NCBI GenBank assembly: GCA_038060895.1
Contig: JBBTCT010000009.1
Span: 112,082-176,081 of the forward strand
Source of the DNA: Planctomycetota bacterium
Lineage (GTDB): Bacteria > Planctomycetota > MHYJ01 > WSZJ01
Length of the DNA: 64,000 nt
Direction of reading: 5' to 3'
Under the pieces are notes generated by a model. That model had not been told where the DNA came from and made no database searches. It worked only from the letters and a program-made list of their open reading frames with translations. The position numbers and the translations under genes were made by a program. This document shows positions 15,829 to 25,494 of the stretch, in pieces (the stretch's first letter is position 1; each line of letters starts with the position of its first letter).

Positions 15829-17127
15829 TCACGGCAGATCGAGGGAGATCTCCGCTTTCTTGCCGCCTCGGAGAATGGCGAATTTCAATTTCTGGCCCAC
15901 GAGGAACTTCTGGCGCAGAAGAGCCAGGAATTCCCTTTCGGTCGCCGGCACCGCCTGTCCGCCCACGCTCGTGAGGATGTCGCCGTCCTGGAACCCCGCT
16001 TTTTTCGCGGGGCTCTGCGGATACATCGGCTTGATCTTCAACCCGCCGTCCTTCAGCCCCGCAAGCTTCCGCTCGTCCGCAGTCAACACGTCGCTCTGGA
16101 ATCCGATGCGCAAGTCGTACGCCGAGTCGCGCCAGGTGAAGTCCGTGGACCTTCGCCAGTCCCCGCAGAGGTTCGCGGTCATGGTCTTTTTCCCGGCGCC
16201 GCGCAGCACGTCGATTTTCACGTTCTCGTTGTCTCCGCAGTTCTGCAGGAAAAACTGGATGTCCGCCAGCGACACGATCGGCGTCCCGTTCAGCGCTTCA
16301 ATTTCGTCCCCCGCCTCCACCCCGGCCTTGTCGGCGATCGAGTCCTTCACGACCTGGCGTACCTTCGTCCCGTCGGCAATCTCCATCTGCATTCCCCAGG
16401 AGTCGGGAAGCGGATAGAGGTAGATCAGCGTGTCGGGGAGCGCCTGCTTCGCGTTCATCATCGTGCGCCGGATCCCGCGCCAGACGTGGTGACAGTGGAT
16501 GCACTTCTTCGGCAGCTCGTCCTGTTTGAACTGGTCCGCGATCGCGGGCATGGTCTCGGGAAATTTCTGCGCGTACGGCTTCCCGGTTTTCGCCCTGAGC
16601 GCGGCCTTGTTGGCGGGGTAGCCCTTGTGGACGGCGAGCGCCCTGGTCATCGCGGCCTTGAGGCCGTCCACCGACATGAGCTGGTCTGACTTGTCCCGTC
16701 CCGCATTTCGCGACCCGTAGCGCCCGTAGATCGTGAGGTCGGCATTCAGGAAGATCCCGCACCATGTGAGGTCGTAGTCGAACTGGAACACCGACGTGTC
16801 GATCCCGCGCATCTGGATGACGCGAACGCAGACGAATTCCTTCGCCAGGTCCCCGAGTCCGCTCTCAAGACGGGCCACCTGCCCGTCAAACGTCTTGCAC
16901 GACGCTCACGGCACTCACCGGAACGCGGCAAGGACCGGCTTGTTTTCCTTTTTCGCCCGAGCGAGCGCCGCCGGCAGGTCGTCGTAGAGCCAGCCCGCTG
17001 CCAACTCGACCTTGTCGTTGACCTTGTCTTTCTTCTCGGCCGCAGGATCGCCTGCCGTGGTCGGCGACAGCGCCATCGCAAGGAGCACGACGGCGGAAAC
17101 GATAAAGAAGAATCGGGACGGGAGCAT
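15829..17127 (-). CDS. Secreted thioredoxin-like/CxxCH/2xPDZ selenoprotein, copy B (two Sec: UGA at 16915-16917 and 16906-16908)
   Basis: AGGAG RBS, ATG 17127, signal peptide MLPSRFFFIV...; junction KPVLAAFR-TGA-V-P-TGA-A-S-C-KTFD in frame with 15829-16878; CIHCHH; two PDZ domains. Confidence 0.85.
16869..16887 (-). promoter_or_regulatory. Putative bacterial SECIS hairpin, copy B
   Basis: mRNA GACGGGC-AGGUG-GCCCGUC starting 18 nt after the second UGA; compensatory pair versus copy A. Confidence 0.7.
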
Positions 17128-17167
17128 CACGGGATCTCCTGTTCTGCAGTCGGGGGGAAGTTTGATC

Positions 17168-18070
17168 TTACGCCAGGCCGCGCCGATCCGGCTCGAGAGC
17201 TTCAAGGTGCGCCAGGACGCACCTTGGAAGCGCCTCGAGGTCGTACCCGCCCTCAAGCACGCTTGCAACAGGGCGCTTCAGCCGTTTCACGATTCCCGTC
17301 AGCTCCGCAAAATCCTCGATCTCGAGATTCAACCCGCCGATCGGGTCCTTCTTCCACGCGTCAAACCCGGCGGAAATCAGCACGAGCTCCGGATCGAATT
17401 TCCGACACGGGCCCTCGATCACTTCCGCGAATTCCGCCTTGAACGTCGCCGCGCTCGTGTTCCAGGGGAACGGCCGGTTGATCGTAAACCCGAGCCCGCG
17501 CCCGCTTCCCGTCTCGGCGCGCGCCCCGGTGCCGGGATAGAACGGCCACCGGTGCGTGGAAAAGTACAGCACGTCCGGGTCCTCGTAGAAAATGTCCTGC
17601 GTCCCGTTTCCGTGATGCACGTCCCAGTCCACGATCAGGACCCGCTTCGCCTGTTTTGCCGCGAGCGCGACATTGTTGAAGAGGCAGAAACCCATGGCCC
17701 GGTCGCGCGTGGCGTGGTGGCCCGGCGGCCGGATGAGCGCGGCGGCCGGCTTTCCCGCGAGTGCGGACCGCGCCGCGTCGCGGGCTGCGCCGGCGGCGAG
17801 AAGCGCTGCACGGACGGATCCTTCGGAGACGTAAGTGTCCGGGTCGAGCATCGCCGGCGCGTATTCGTCGGCGGAAGTCACCCGCCCCACATGCCCGGCC
17901 GAATGGACGGCGAGGAGCTCTTCCCAGGTCGCCGGCCGCGGATCGTCCCACTTCCATCCCTCGCGCCCCGTCCCGATCGCCTTCACCACCGACTCGAGCC
18001 GCTCCGGGCACTCCGGATGCGTGCCGGAAGCGCGGTGCGCGTTGCAGGCCGTGTGCGTGAAGAGGATCAC
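17168..18070 (-). CDS. Histone deacetylase family protein
   Basis: HPECPERL, RPPGHHA, GFCLFNN, DWDVHHGNGTQ, SAGFDA, LEGGY. Confidence 0.93.
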   Translation of the reverse strand: MILFTHTACNAHRASGTHPECPERLESVVKAIGTGREGWKWDDPRPATWEELLAVHSAGHVGRVTSADEYAPAMLDPDTYVSEGSVRAALLAAGAARDAARSALAGKPAAALIRPPGHHATRDRAMGFCLFNNVALAAKQAKRVLIVDWDVHHGNGTQDIFYEDPDVLYFSTHRWPFYPGTGARAETGSGRGLGFTINRPFPWNTSAATFKAEFAEVIEGPCRKFDPELVLISAGFDAWKKDPIGGLNLEIEDFAELTGIVKRLKRPVASVLEGGYDLEALPRCVLAHLEALEPDRRGLA

Positions 18071-18126
18071 GCGCGAAGTGTATCGCGATGGGGCGCGATC
18101 GCGGGGCGTGCGACATAATCCCCCCG

Positions 18127-19110
18127 ATGAGAGTTCTCTGCGCGCCGAATGCCTTCAAGGGGACGCTGACGGCGCTTCAGGCGGCAAACGCGATGGCGCG
18201 GGGAGTCCGCCGGGCGGGCGCCACTCCGGTTCTGCTTCCCGTCGCCGACGGCGGGGACGGCACGGCCGCGGTGCTGGGGGGGAAGCGCGTGCGGATGGTC
18301 GCGACCGGACCGCACGGCGAACGGATGCGCGTGGAGTACCGGCGGAAGGGGAGAGACGCGATCGTCGAGGTCGCGCAGGTCGGGCTGGCGCGGACGAAGC
18401 GGCGGGACCCGTTGAATGCGACTTCGCTGGGAGTGGCGGAGATGATCGGTCACGCGGCCCGGCACGGGGCCCGCAGGGTGCTGGTCGCGCTTGGCGGATC
18501 GGCCACGGTTGACGCCGGGCTGGCGATTCTCGGCAAGATCTCCGCGCTCAGCCGTCCTCCGAAATTCATCGGGTTGTGCGACGTGCAGACTCGCTTCCTT
18601 GACGCCCCCCGCGTATTTGCGCCGCAGAAGGGAGCGACGCCCGAACAGACGCGGTGGCTGACGCGGGAGTTCCTCCGCCTGTCGCAGGCCATGGCCGGCG
18701 GGCGCCGCGCGGCACGCGTGCCAGGTTCCGGCGCGGCGGGCGGAATCGGCTGGGCCATGGTTCTCCTGGGCGGCGAGCTCAGGCTCGGCGGGGAATTCGT
18801 GCTGGAGGCTCTTCGTCTGGATGACGCACTGCGTCAAACCAGCCTGGTTCTGACCGGCGAGGGGCGCTGGGATTCCACGACGCGCGAGGGTAAGGCGCCC
18901 TGGGCGGTGATGCGGCATGCGCGAAGGGCCGGAGTCCCCTGCGTGGCGCTGTGCGGGCAGGTGATCATCCGCACTCCTGGCGTCGTGGCGGTCGCAAGAT
19001 CGGCGAAGGAGGGAATGCGGCGGGCGGCTCCTCTGTTGGAAGAGGCGGCGTACCGCGTGACGCATTCGCGATTGAGCGCCGGATCCCGGTCTTGTAAGGT
19101 GACGCGATGA
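18127..19110 (+). CDS. Glycerate kinase (GlxK/GarK family)
   Basis: APNAFKG, PVADGGDGT, LGGSATVD, FAPQKGA, GAAGG, TGEG. Confidence 0.9.
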   Translation: MRVLCAPNAFKGTLTALQAANAMARGVRRAGATPVLLPVADGGDGTAAVLGGKRVRMVATGPHGERMRVEYRRKGRDAIVEVAQVGLARTKRRDPLNATSLGVAEMIGHAARHGARRVLVALGGSATVDAGLAILGKISALSRPPKFIGLCDVQTRFLDAPRVFAPQKGATPEQTRWLTREFLRLSQAMAGGRRAARVPGSGAAGGIGWAMVLLGGELRLGGEFVLEALRLDDALRQTSLVLTGEGRWDSTTREGKAPWAVMRHARRAGVPCVALCGQVIIRTPGVVAVARSAKEGMRRAAPLLEEAAYRVTHSRLSAGSRSCKVTR

Positions 19111-19475
19111 AGCGCAGGATGACGACGATGCTGGCGGCCGCGGTTTTCTTCGCGGGGCACCTCGCCGCATCGGCGTGCTTCGCCTCCATGACGCTTACGG
19201 CATCGCGAAAACCGAAACCGGCGCATTCATGCTGCCAGAAGCGGGCGCCGGCCCAGGCGCCCGTCCCGCAGTCGTGCTGCTGCGTCGATGGGCCCACCCT
19301 GGCGCTGGTGGACGACCAGGCTGGCGGTATTGACGCGCCGCCCGCCTTCGCGCACGAGGTGCCGATTACGGCGCCGGAGACGACGGCACTTCTCCGCTCC
19401 GCCCGCGGGCGCGAACCGCCCGATCGCGCGAGCGACGTGCCGCTTCACATCCTGCACCGGATGCTTCTGGTCTAG
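19107..19475 (+). CDS. Small Cys-rich exported protein preceding the copper operon
   Basis: Signal-like N-terminus, HSCC and SCCC, C-terminal PP...LHILHRMLLV; ATGA overlap. Confidence 0.6.
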   Translation: MKRRMTTMLAAAVFFAGHLAASACFASMTLTASRKPKPAHSCCQKRAPAQAPVPQSCCCVDGPTLALVDDQAGGIDAPPAFAHEVPITAPETTALLRSARGREPPDRASDVPLHILHRMLLV

Positions 19476-19563
19476 AGACGCCGGGTTCCCCGTGTCGCGG
19501 CCGGCATCCGTTCCGCCGGCGCGCTGGTTGAGCTGCCCGCAGAATCCCTCTCGAGGACTCACG

Positions 19564-19857
19564 ATGAAACGCCTTATGCCGTTCGCGCTGGCCGTTCTGG
19601 GCGGGTGCGCCGGAGGGGGTGATCCGGTCCCGGGGCCTGCCCATCCTGCCGACGCGGCTGCGGCAGAAACACCGTGGTCGCCGCCGCCCGACCGGCTTGC
19701 GGGGCCCGTGGAACCGCTCGAAGGGCCGAAGGCGCCGGAGGGCGTGACCTGGAGTTGCCCGATGCATCCGGAAGTGACGAGCGACAAGGCGGGAACCTGC
19801 CCCAAGTGCGGGATGGACCTGGCGCCCGGCAAGGTCGGGGAGCACGACCACAAATGA
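19564..19857 (+). CDS. Heavy-metal-binding domain lipoprotein
   Basis: Lipobox LGGC; WSCPMHPEV...GTCPKCGMDL. Confidence 0.85.
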   Translation: MKRLMPFALAVLGGCAGGGDPVPGPAHPADAAAAETPWSPPPDRLAGPVEPLEGPKAPEGVTWSCPMHPEVTSDKAGTCPKCGMDLAPGKVGEHDHK

Positions 19858-21215
19858 AAACGAAACTGCTGGCGATGGCGGGGCTGGTCCTCGCCGGATG
19901 CGCGGTGCCTGAGGACGCCGGGTTCGAGGATGTCCGCAAGCCGGCCGAGGAGCGGACCGGGAAGAAAGTCCACTGGTTCCGCGGCGGACCCGAGGACGAC
20001 GAAGTCCGGCGGACGCTCGAGAATCTGTTCCGGGAAGAGTTGACCCCGGAAACCGCCGTGCAGATTGCGCTCTTCAATAATCCCGGCCTCCAGGCCCAGT
20101 ACGAAGATCTTGGCGTCGCGCAGGCCGACCTGGTCCAGGCGGGCATCCTGAAGAACCCGACGCTGATGGCCGGCGCTCACTTTCCGACAAGATCCGGCAT
20201 CAACACAGGCCTCGAATTCGAAATCGTGCAGGAATTTCTCGACCTGCTCATGTTCCCGGCGCGGAGGGAACTGGCGTCGCACGAATTCGAGCGCGTGAAA
20301 CTTCGCGTCTCCGATGACGTCGTGGACGTGGCGGCGCGCACGAAGGCGGCCTGGTTCGAGGTCGTCGCGGCCCAGCAGACCGCCGAGGTCCACCATGCGA
20401 TTGCCGCCGCTGCCGAGGCCCGCGCGGACCTCGCAAAGCGCCTCAAGGACGCGGGGAATCTGAGCGAGCTGGCCGTGGCGCGGGAGACGGACGAGGCGGA
20501 GAGCGCAAAGCGGGCCTGGAGCAAGGCCGAGAACGAAGTGCTGGAAGCGCGCGAAAGGCTGACGGTTCTCCTGGGGGCGTGGGGAGCGCAGGTGTCGTGG
20601 ACAGCTCCGAAGAAACTTCCCGAACTTCCCGCGGGAGAAATCCCGTTGGCCGGGCTCGAGTCGCTCGCAATCGCGCGCCGTCTCGACCTCGCCGCGGCGA
20701 TTCGGGAGCGCGACGCCTCCGCCAGCCGTCTCCAGCTCGTAAAGGCCTTCCGCTGGTTCGGGACGATTGAGCTGGGAGCGGGAGTGCATCGAGAGCCCGA
20801 GCCGGAGGTCGGATGGCTGGTCGGGCCCTCCCTGGCGTTGTCGCTTCCCATCTTCGACCGCCAGCAGGCCGTCATCTTCGCGCTCGAAGCCGAACTTCGC
20901 CGGCGTGAGTCGCTCGATCGCGATCTTGCGGTCCGGATCCGCGCCGAAACGCGCACGGCCAGGAACCGGCTGGTGTCCACCCGGAGGCTGGCCGAGCACC
21001 AGCAGAAGGTCGTCATTCCGCTTCGCGAGCGAATCGTGGATCTCTCGCTGAAGGAATACAACTTCATGCTCATCGGAATTGCGGAGGTCCTGCGGGCGAG
21101 GGAAGCGGAGTACGAGGCGTACGAGGAGTCCATCGAACTCGTTCGCGATTACTGGATCGCGAGGACGGAGCTGGAGCGTGCCGTGGGCGGACGACTTCCT
21201 GAACCTGCCAGGTAA
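19854..21215 (+). CDS. TolC-family outer membrane lipoprotein (copper-resistance type)
   Basis: Lipobox LAGC; AVQIALFNNPGLQA, AQADLVQAG, LPIFD, YWIARTELERAVG. Confidence 0.88.
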   Translation: MKTKLLAMAGLVLAGCAVPEDAGFEDVRKPAEERTGKKVHWFRGGPEDDEVRRTLENLFREELTPETAVQIALFNNPGLQAQYEDLGVAQADLVQAGILKNPTLMAGAHFPTRSGINTGLEFEIVQEFLDLLMFPARRELASHEFERVKLRVSDDVVDVAARTKAAWFEVVAAQQTAEVHHAIAAAAEARADLAKRLKDAGNLSELAVARETDEAESAKRAWSKAENEVLEARERLTVLLGAWGAQVSWTAPKKLPELPAGEIPLAGLESLAIARRLDLAAAIRERDASASRLQLVKAFRWFGTIELGAGVHREPEPEVGWLVGPSLALSLPIFDRQQAVIFALEAELRRRESLDRDLAVRIRAETRTARNRLVSTRRLAEHQQKVVIPLRERIVDLSLKEYNFMLIGIAEVLRAREAEYEAYEESIELVRDYWIARTELERAVGGRLPEPAR

Positions 21216-21227
21216 CGGAGAAATCCA

Positions 21228-22511
21228 ATGCTGACGAGACGAGAGCTTCTGATGACGGGCGGAGCCGCACTGGCGGGAGCGGGACTGCTGATGAAGGGGA
21301 CGGCGCGGGCCGAGGATCCGCCGGACGCGGGCGGGTACACGCCCGTCGATACTCCGAACGGCGCAACGCTGCCCTTCACGTTGAAAGGCGGCGTGAAAGA
21401 ATTCCATTTGATCGCCGAGCCGGTGGACCACGAATTTGCGCCGGGATTCAAGGCGAAGTGCTGGGGTTACAACGGCCGCACGCCCGGGCCCACGATCGAG
21501 TGCGTAGAGGGCGACAGGATCCGCATCCTGGTCGAGAACCGGCTGCCGGAAGCGACGACGATCCACTGGCACGGCGTCCTGCTTCCGAACGGGATGGACG
21601 GAGTCGGAGGCCTGAACCAGCCCTTCATCGAGCCGGGCGAAACCTGGGCATACGAATACACGCTCAAGCAGCACGGCACGCTCATGTATCACCCCCATGT
21701 CGATGAAATGACGCAGATGGCCGTGGGGATGATGGGCCTGTTGATTGTCCATCCGAAGAACCCGCCCGCCCACAAGGTGGACCGCGATTTCGCCATCATG
21801 CTTCACATGTGGGCGATCGAGCCGGGAACCTACCGCCCCGACCCGGCCGTCATGCTCGACTTCAACACGTTCACGTTCAACAGCAAGGCGTACCCGGGCA
21901 CGGCGCCGCTCGTCGTGCGCACGGGACAGCGCGTCCGCATCCGTCTCGGCAATCTCAGCATGGACGAGCACCCGATCCACCTTCACGGATTCAATTTCCG
22001 CGCAACGGGGACCGACGGCGGACCCATTCCCCTCTCCGCGCAGTTCCCTGAAACCACTTCGCTCATCTCCGTCGGCGCGACGCGCGATTTCGAATTTGTC
22101 GCGGACGCTCCCGGGGACTGGATCATGCACTGTCACAAGTCGCACCACGCCATGAACGCCATGGGACATCACGTTCCCAACATGCTCGGCGTGGACCAGC
22201 GCGGACTCGAAGGCCGGATCCGCAAGCTTCTTCCCGGATACATGGCCATGGGCGAAAAGGGAATGGCCGATATGCAGGACATGACGATGCCCGGACCCGA
22301 AAACACCCTTCCGATGATGATGGGCAAAGCCCTCTACGGAAACATCGGGATGGGCGGAATGTTCACGATCGTGAAAGTCCGCGACGGGATTACGACCTGG
22401 GAGGACCCGGGCTGGTACAAGGCCCCCGAGGGGACGATGACCTGGAAGGTCAGCGAAGCGAAGAAAGAGAAGGACGGCGAACCCGGAAAGGATCACGGCG
22501 GGCACAAATAG
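21228..22511 (+). CDS. Tat-exported multicopper oxidase
   Basis: TRRELL Tat motif; IHWHG, MYHPH, HPIHLHG, HCHKSHHAMNAM; Met-rich tail. Confidence 0.93.
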   Translation: MLTRRELLMTGGAALAGAGLLMKGTARAEDPPDAGGYTPVDTPNGATLPFTLKGGVKEFHLIAEPVDHEFAPGFKAKCWGYNGRTPGPTIECVEGDRIRILVENRLPEATTIHWHGVLLPNGMDGVGGLNQPFIEPGETWAYEYTLKQHGTLMYHPHVDEMTQMAVGMMGLLIVHPKNPPAHKVDRDFAIMLHMWAIEPGTYRPDPAVMLDFNTFTFNSKAYPGTAPLVVRTGQRVRIRLGNLSMDEHPIHLHGFNFRATGTDGGPIPLSAQFPETTSLISVGATRDFEFVADAPGDWIMHCHKSHHAMNAMGHHVPNMLGVDQRGLEGRIRKLLPGYMAMGEKGMADMQDMTMPGPENTLPMMMGKALYGNIGMGGMFTIVKVRDGITTWEDPGWYKAPEGTMTWKVSEAKKEKDGEPGKDHGGHK

Positions 22512-22612
22512 CGCGCTCATCCGGGTTGGCAAGACGCGACCGATGCCAGAATCGCATCGGACTTGGCCGCAGTGTAGAATCGCCCATTCGCTATTCATCG
22601 AGGGAGGCTCGC

Positions 22613-23032
22613 ATGGTCCCGTGCGCCAAAGATGTCATTCGACAGTGGTTCTACGATGTCTGGAATCGTAAAGATCCCTCCGCCATCGACCGGCTCACCA
22701 CGCCGGACTGCATCATTCACGGCCTGGCCGAAGGAGGTCCCACCCCGGGAGGCGTTCCGCACTTCAAGCAGTTCCACGCGATTTTCTGCTCCACCTATCC
22801 CGACATGCTGATCACGGTCGAGGACCTGATCGAAGAGGGCGACCGCGTGGCCTGGCGGATTACCTTCCGCGGGACGCACACCGGTCATGCCCTGGGGATG
22901 CCGGCTTCCAACAGGCCCATCCTCGTCACCGCTATCGGCATATCGCGGATCGTCGACGGGCGCATCGTCGAGGCCTGGAACGAGTTCGACCGGTACGGAA
23001 TGTTCCAGCAGATCAACGCCGTCCGGCCCTGA
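22613..23032 (+). CDS. SnoaL-like ester cyclase (NTF2 fold)
   Basis: PDMLITVEDLIEEGDRV, GTHTG, GRIVEAW; GGAGG RBS. Confidence 0.88.
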   Translation: MVPCAKDVIRQWFYDVWNRKDPSAIDRLTTPDCIIHGLAEGGPTPGGVPHFKQFHAIFCSTYPDMLITVEDLIEEGDRVAWRITFRGTHTGHALGMPASNRPILVTAIGISRIVDGRIVEAWNEFDRYGMFQQINAVRP

Positions 23033-23108
23033 GGAACACCGGATGTCGATGGAATGGTCCTGACCGGCACTTCAGCCGGATGCCCTCCCGCGCCGAAATT
23101 GGAAGCAC

Positions 23109-23654
23109 ATGCGTCTCTTCGACTTCCTCCTCGTCACGCTCATCACGGCCACGCTCCTCGCCGTCGTCGTCGTGTTTCACAACGACGCCATGCCCTACCC
23201 CGTCGCACCTCCTGCCACTACCGCCGATGTCGCCCACACCCGGTCCTGGGCCGGAATCTGGGTGCATTCCAGCGGCGCGCCCAGAGGATCGCTCAAGTCC
23301 CTCGAAGCGGCGCACGCGGCCCGCGGCGGCGCTCCCTTTCATTTTGTGATCGGAAACGGGACGGAGTCTGCGGACGGGCAAGTCGAAGAAGGGCCCCGCT
23401 GGGCCGCGCAGCAGCCAGGGCTGAACCGCGAGGTCATCGAAATCTGCCTCATCGGGCAGATCGACCGCGAGAAGCCGACTCGGAAGCAGCAGTCCGCCCT
23501 TGAAGCGCTCTGCGCGCGGCTGTGCAAGGAGCGGCTGATCCCTTCGAGCGAGGTCTGCGCGGAAAGCGAGAAAAAGCGCGGGGTGCGGTGCCCAGGCCGG
23601 TTCTTCGACGCGGCCGGGACGCGCGCAGCCGTCGCGCACCTGCTCGCAAAGTAG
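23109..23654 (+). CDS. Membrane-anchored amidase_2/PGRP-like protein
   Basis: N-terminal TM, IWVHSS, HFVIGNG, IEICLIG, PTRKQ, CPG. Confidence 0.8.
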   Translation: MRLFDFLLVTLITATLLAVVVVFHNDAMPYPVAPPATTADVAHTRSWAGIWVHSSGAPRGSLKSLEAAHAARGGAPFHFVIGNGTESADGQVEEGPRWAAQQPGLNREVIEICLIGQIDREKPTRKQQSALEALCARLCKERLIPSSEVCAESEKKRGVRCPGRFFDAAGTRAAVAHLLAK

Positions 23655-23659
23655 AGCCG

Positions 23660-24529
23660 TCAGGGCGCGGGCGGATGGAAGACCGGTCCGCCGATCGCCG
23701 CGAGCTGCAGCACGAAACACGCGAGCGTGACGAAGAACAGGATCAGCGGCAGCACCGCCACCAGCTTGTTGAGCGCGTGAACTGCGTCCTCGAAGTGCCG
23801 CTGCGCGAGCTTGGCGAGCGCCTTGTCGATGCTCCCCGCCTCTTCACCGGCTCGCAGCATTTCGATGCTGAAGAGAGGCAGCACCGGCGCCAGCGTTTCG
23901 ACCAGCGGCCGGTTCACGTCACCGGCCGCGGCGGCGCGCGCGCGGACGCCGGTCGGTCCACCCGCCGCATCGGCGGCAAGCTCGATTGCGCGCTTCATTG
24001 GCAAGGCCGCGTCGAGCGCGCCGGCGAGGGCGTCGCAGAAGCGGGCGCAGGCGACATCGCGGCGGATTGGACCGGCGACGGGAAGGCTCTCGGCGATGCG
24101 GCTGGAGAGGATGGCGCGGACGATGAAGAAGAGGACCCAGATTCCTGCGAGGTTATAGAGGAGCAAGGCGACCGACGCGGTCGCGAAAATCCACTGGATC
24201 ACCCAGGGTGCGATCACCATGCCGTGCATGACGATCAGCGGGTAAATAAGGATGGCCCGCAGCCGCCGCTTCAGGATCAACGCCTCTCGCGCCCGGCGCG
24301 CCAATCCTTTCAGCGCCGCCTCAAGGCGCCCCGTCGTTTCCGCCGCCCGCACGGTCGCCACGTCGAGCTCCGGGATGCCGCCTGCCGCCAGGATGTCCGC
24401 GAGCGGCCGCCCGTCGGCGAGCGGGGCCAGGTCGGGCCGGCCGGCGGACGCCAGCGCCTTTGGCAATGGGAGCGCCGAGCCGACGGTGGCGGCCAGGGCC
24501 GTGTAAAAAGCGTCGAGGGGAAGCGGCAT
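23660..24529 (-). CDS. Type II secretion system F / PilC-like platform protein
   Basis: AETTGRLE...ILIYP, AGEEAGSID duplicated T2SSF pattern. Confidence 0.8.
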   Translation of the reverse strand: MPLPLDAFYTALAATVGSALPLPKALASAGRPDLAPLADGRPLADILAAGGIPELDVATVRAAETTGRLEAALKGLARRAREALILKRRLRAILIYPLIVMHGMVIAPWVIQWIFATASVALLLYNLAGIWVLFFIVRAILSSRIAESLPVAGPIRRDVACARFCDALAGALDAALPMKRAIELAADAAGGPTGVRARAAAAGDVNRPLVETLAPVLPLFSIEMLRAGEEAGSIDKALAKLAQRHFEDAVHALNKLVAVLPLILFFVTLACFVLQLAAIGGPVFHPPAP

Positions 24530-24789
24530 CCGTTTTGGGATGACGGGCTGTTCGTGGAATCACGGTGATTCGGTGCGGCCCGGCGGCATCAGTTTAGTAG
24601 AGGAAATGAATTCGCGGATGAAGGCGAATGTCGCGGAAAAGGCCGCGGATAAACCCCTTCGGGAGAACAGCCGTGGGCTCTCCTGTATCGGCTCGTTGCC
24701 CGCCCCGCGCGCCGCTGCTAATCTCCGCTCTTCCCGCAGCACCGGAGCCGCTCTCCTTGCCTGATCGCCGATCGTTCCAGTTCCCCAAG

Positions 24790-25494
24790 ATGCGGACGTT
24801 TCTCCGTCGCATCCTCATCCTCGTCCTTTTCATCGTCGGCGACCCGACCCCTTACTCCCTCATCGCCGGCAGCATCCTCATCTTCCTCGGCCAGGTCCTG
24901 CACTTCGTCGCCGCGGGGACTCTCATCAAGACCGAAGTCCTCACGATCGCCGGCCCCTATCGCTGGGTTCGCAACCCCTTCTACCTCTCCAATGTTTTCA
25001 CCGATGCCGGTTTCTGCGTCATCGCCTGGAACCCCTGGGTCCCGATCGCGTGGTTCATCGGGTTCTACGGGTTCGTCCTCCACCCGCGCACGAAATCTGA
25101 AGAGAAGGAACTGCTCGGCATCCACGGGCAGGCCTACCAGGACTACCTCGACAAGGTCCCGCGCTACATCCCGTCGCTCTTTCCGAAATACCCCCACGTT
25201 CGCGGCGCCTTCTCCCTCGAGGCGCTTCATCACAACCGCGAGATACCACGAAATCTCCGGCACTTCGCGTTCGCGATCCTCTTCGTCGCGAAGGACATCA
25301 TGATCCGGGGGCAGGGCGGTAACCAGTGGTCCGTGAGGGGATTCCCGGCGCTCCTTCACGACGGCCTCGGCGCGTTCTGCTTCTGGACCGGCGTTTCGAT
25401 GGTGCTCGCTCCGTGGCTGTTCAGGCTCTTCCGAAAGCTGTTCTTCCCGAAAGTGAAGTCCGCGGCCCCGGCCGCGGAAAAGGCCGCCCCATGA
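24790..25494 (+). CDS. Isoprenylcysteine carboxyl methyltransferase / PEMT family membrane protein
   Basis: LTIAGPYRWVRNPFY, EEKEL, YQDYLDKVPRYIP. Confidence 0.85.
   Translation: MRTFLRRILILVLFIVGDPTPYSLIAGSILIFLGQVLHFVAAGTLIKTEVLTIAGPYRWVRNPFYLSNVFTDAGFCVIAWNPWVPIAWFIGFYGFVLHPRTKSEEKELLGIHGQAYQDYLDKVPRYIPSLFPKYPHVRGAFSLEALHHNREIPRNLRHFAFAILFVAKDIMIRGQGGNQWSVRGFPALLHDGLGAFCFWTGVSMVLAPWLFRLFRKLFFPKVKSAAPAAEKAAP

Noticed and set aside
14436-17127. Pseudogene or alternative genetic code (UGA=Trp/Gly) explanation for in-frame TGAs
   Set aside because: TGA is a normal stop elsewhere (many ATGA/GTGA overlaps). The internal TGAs occur only at Cys-type redox positions and are conserved in both diverged paralogs.
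19227-22598. 1123-aa minus-strand ORF and other long antisense ORFs (e.g. 7128-9443, 32850-35057, 44144-46093, 53337-55265)
   Set aside because: Shadow ORFs of well-supported genes in high-GC DNA; no motifs.
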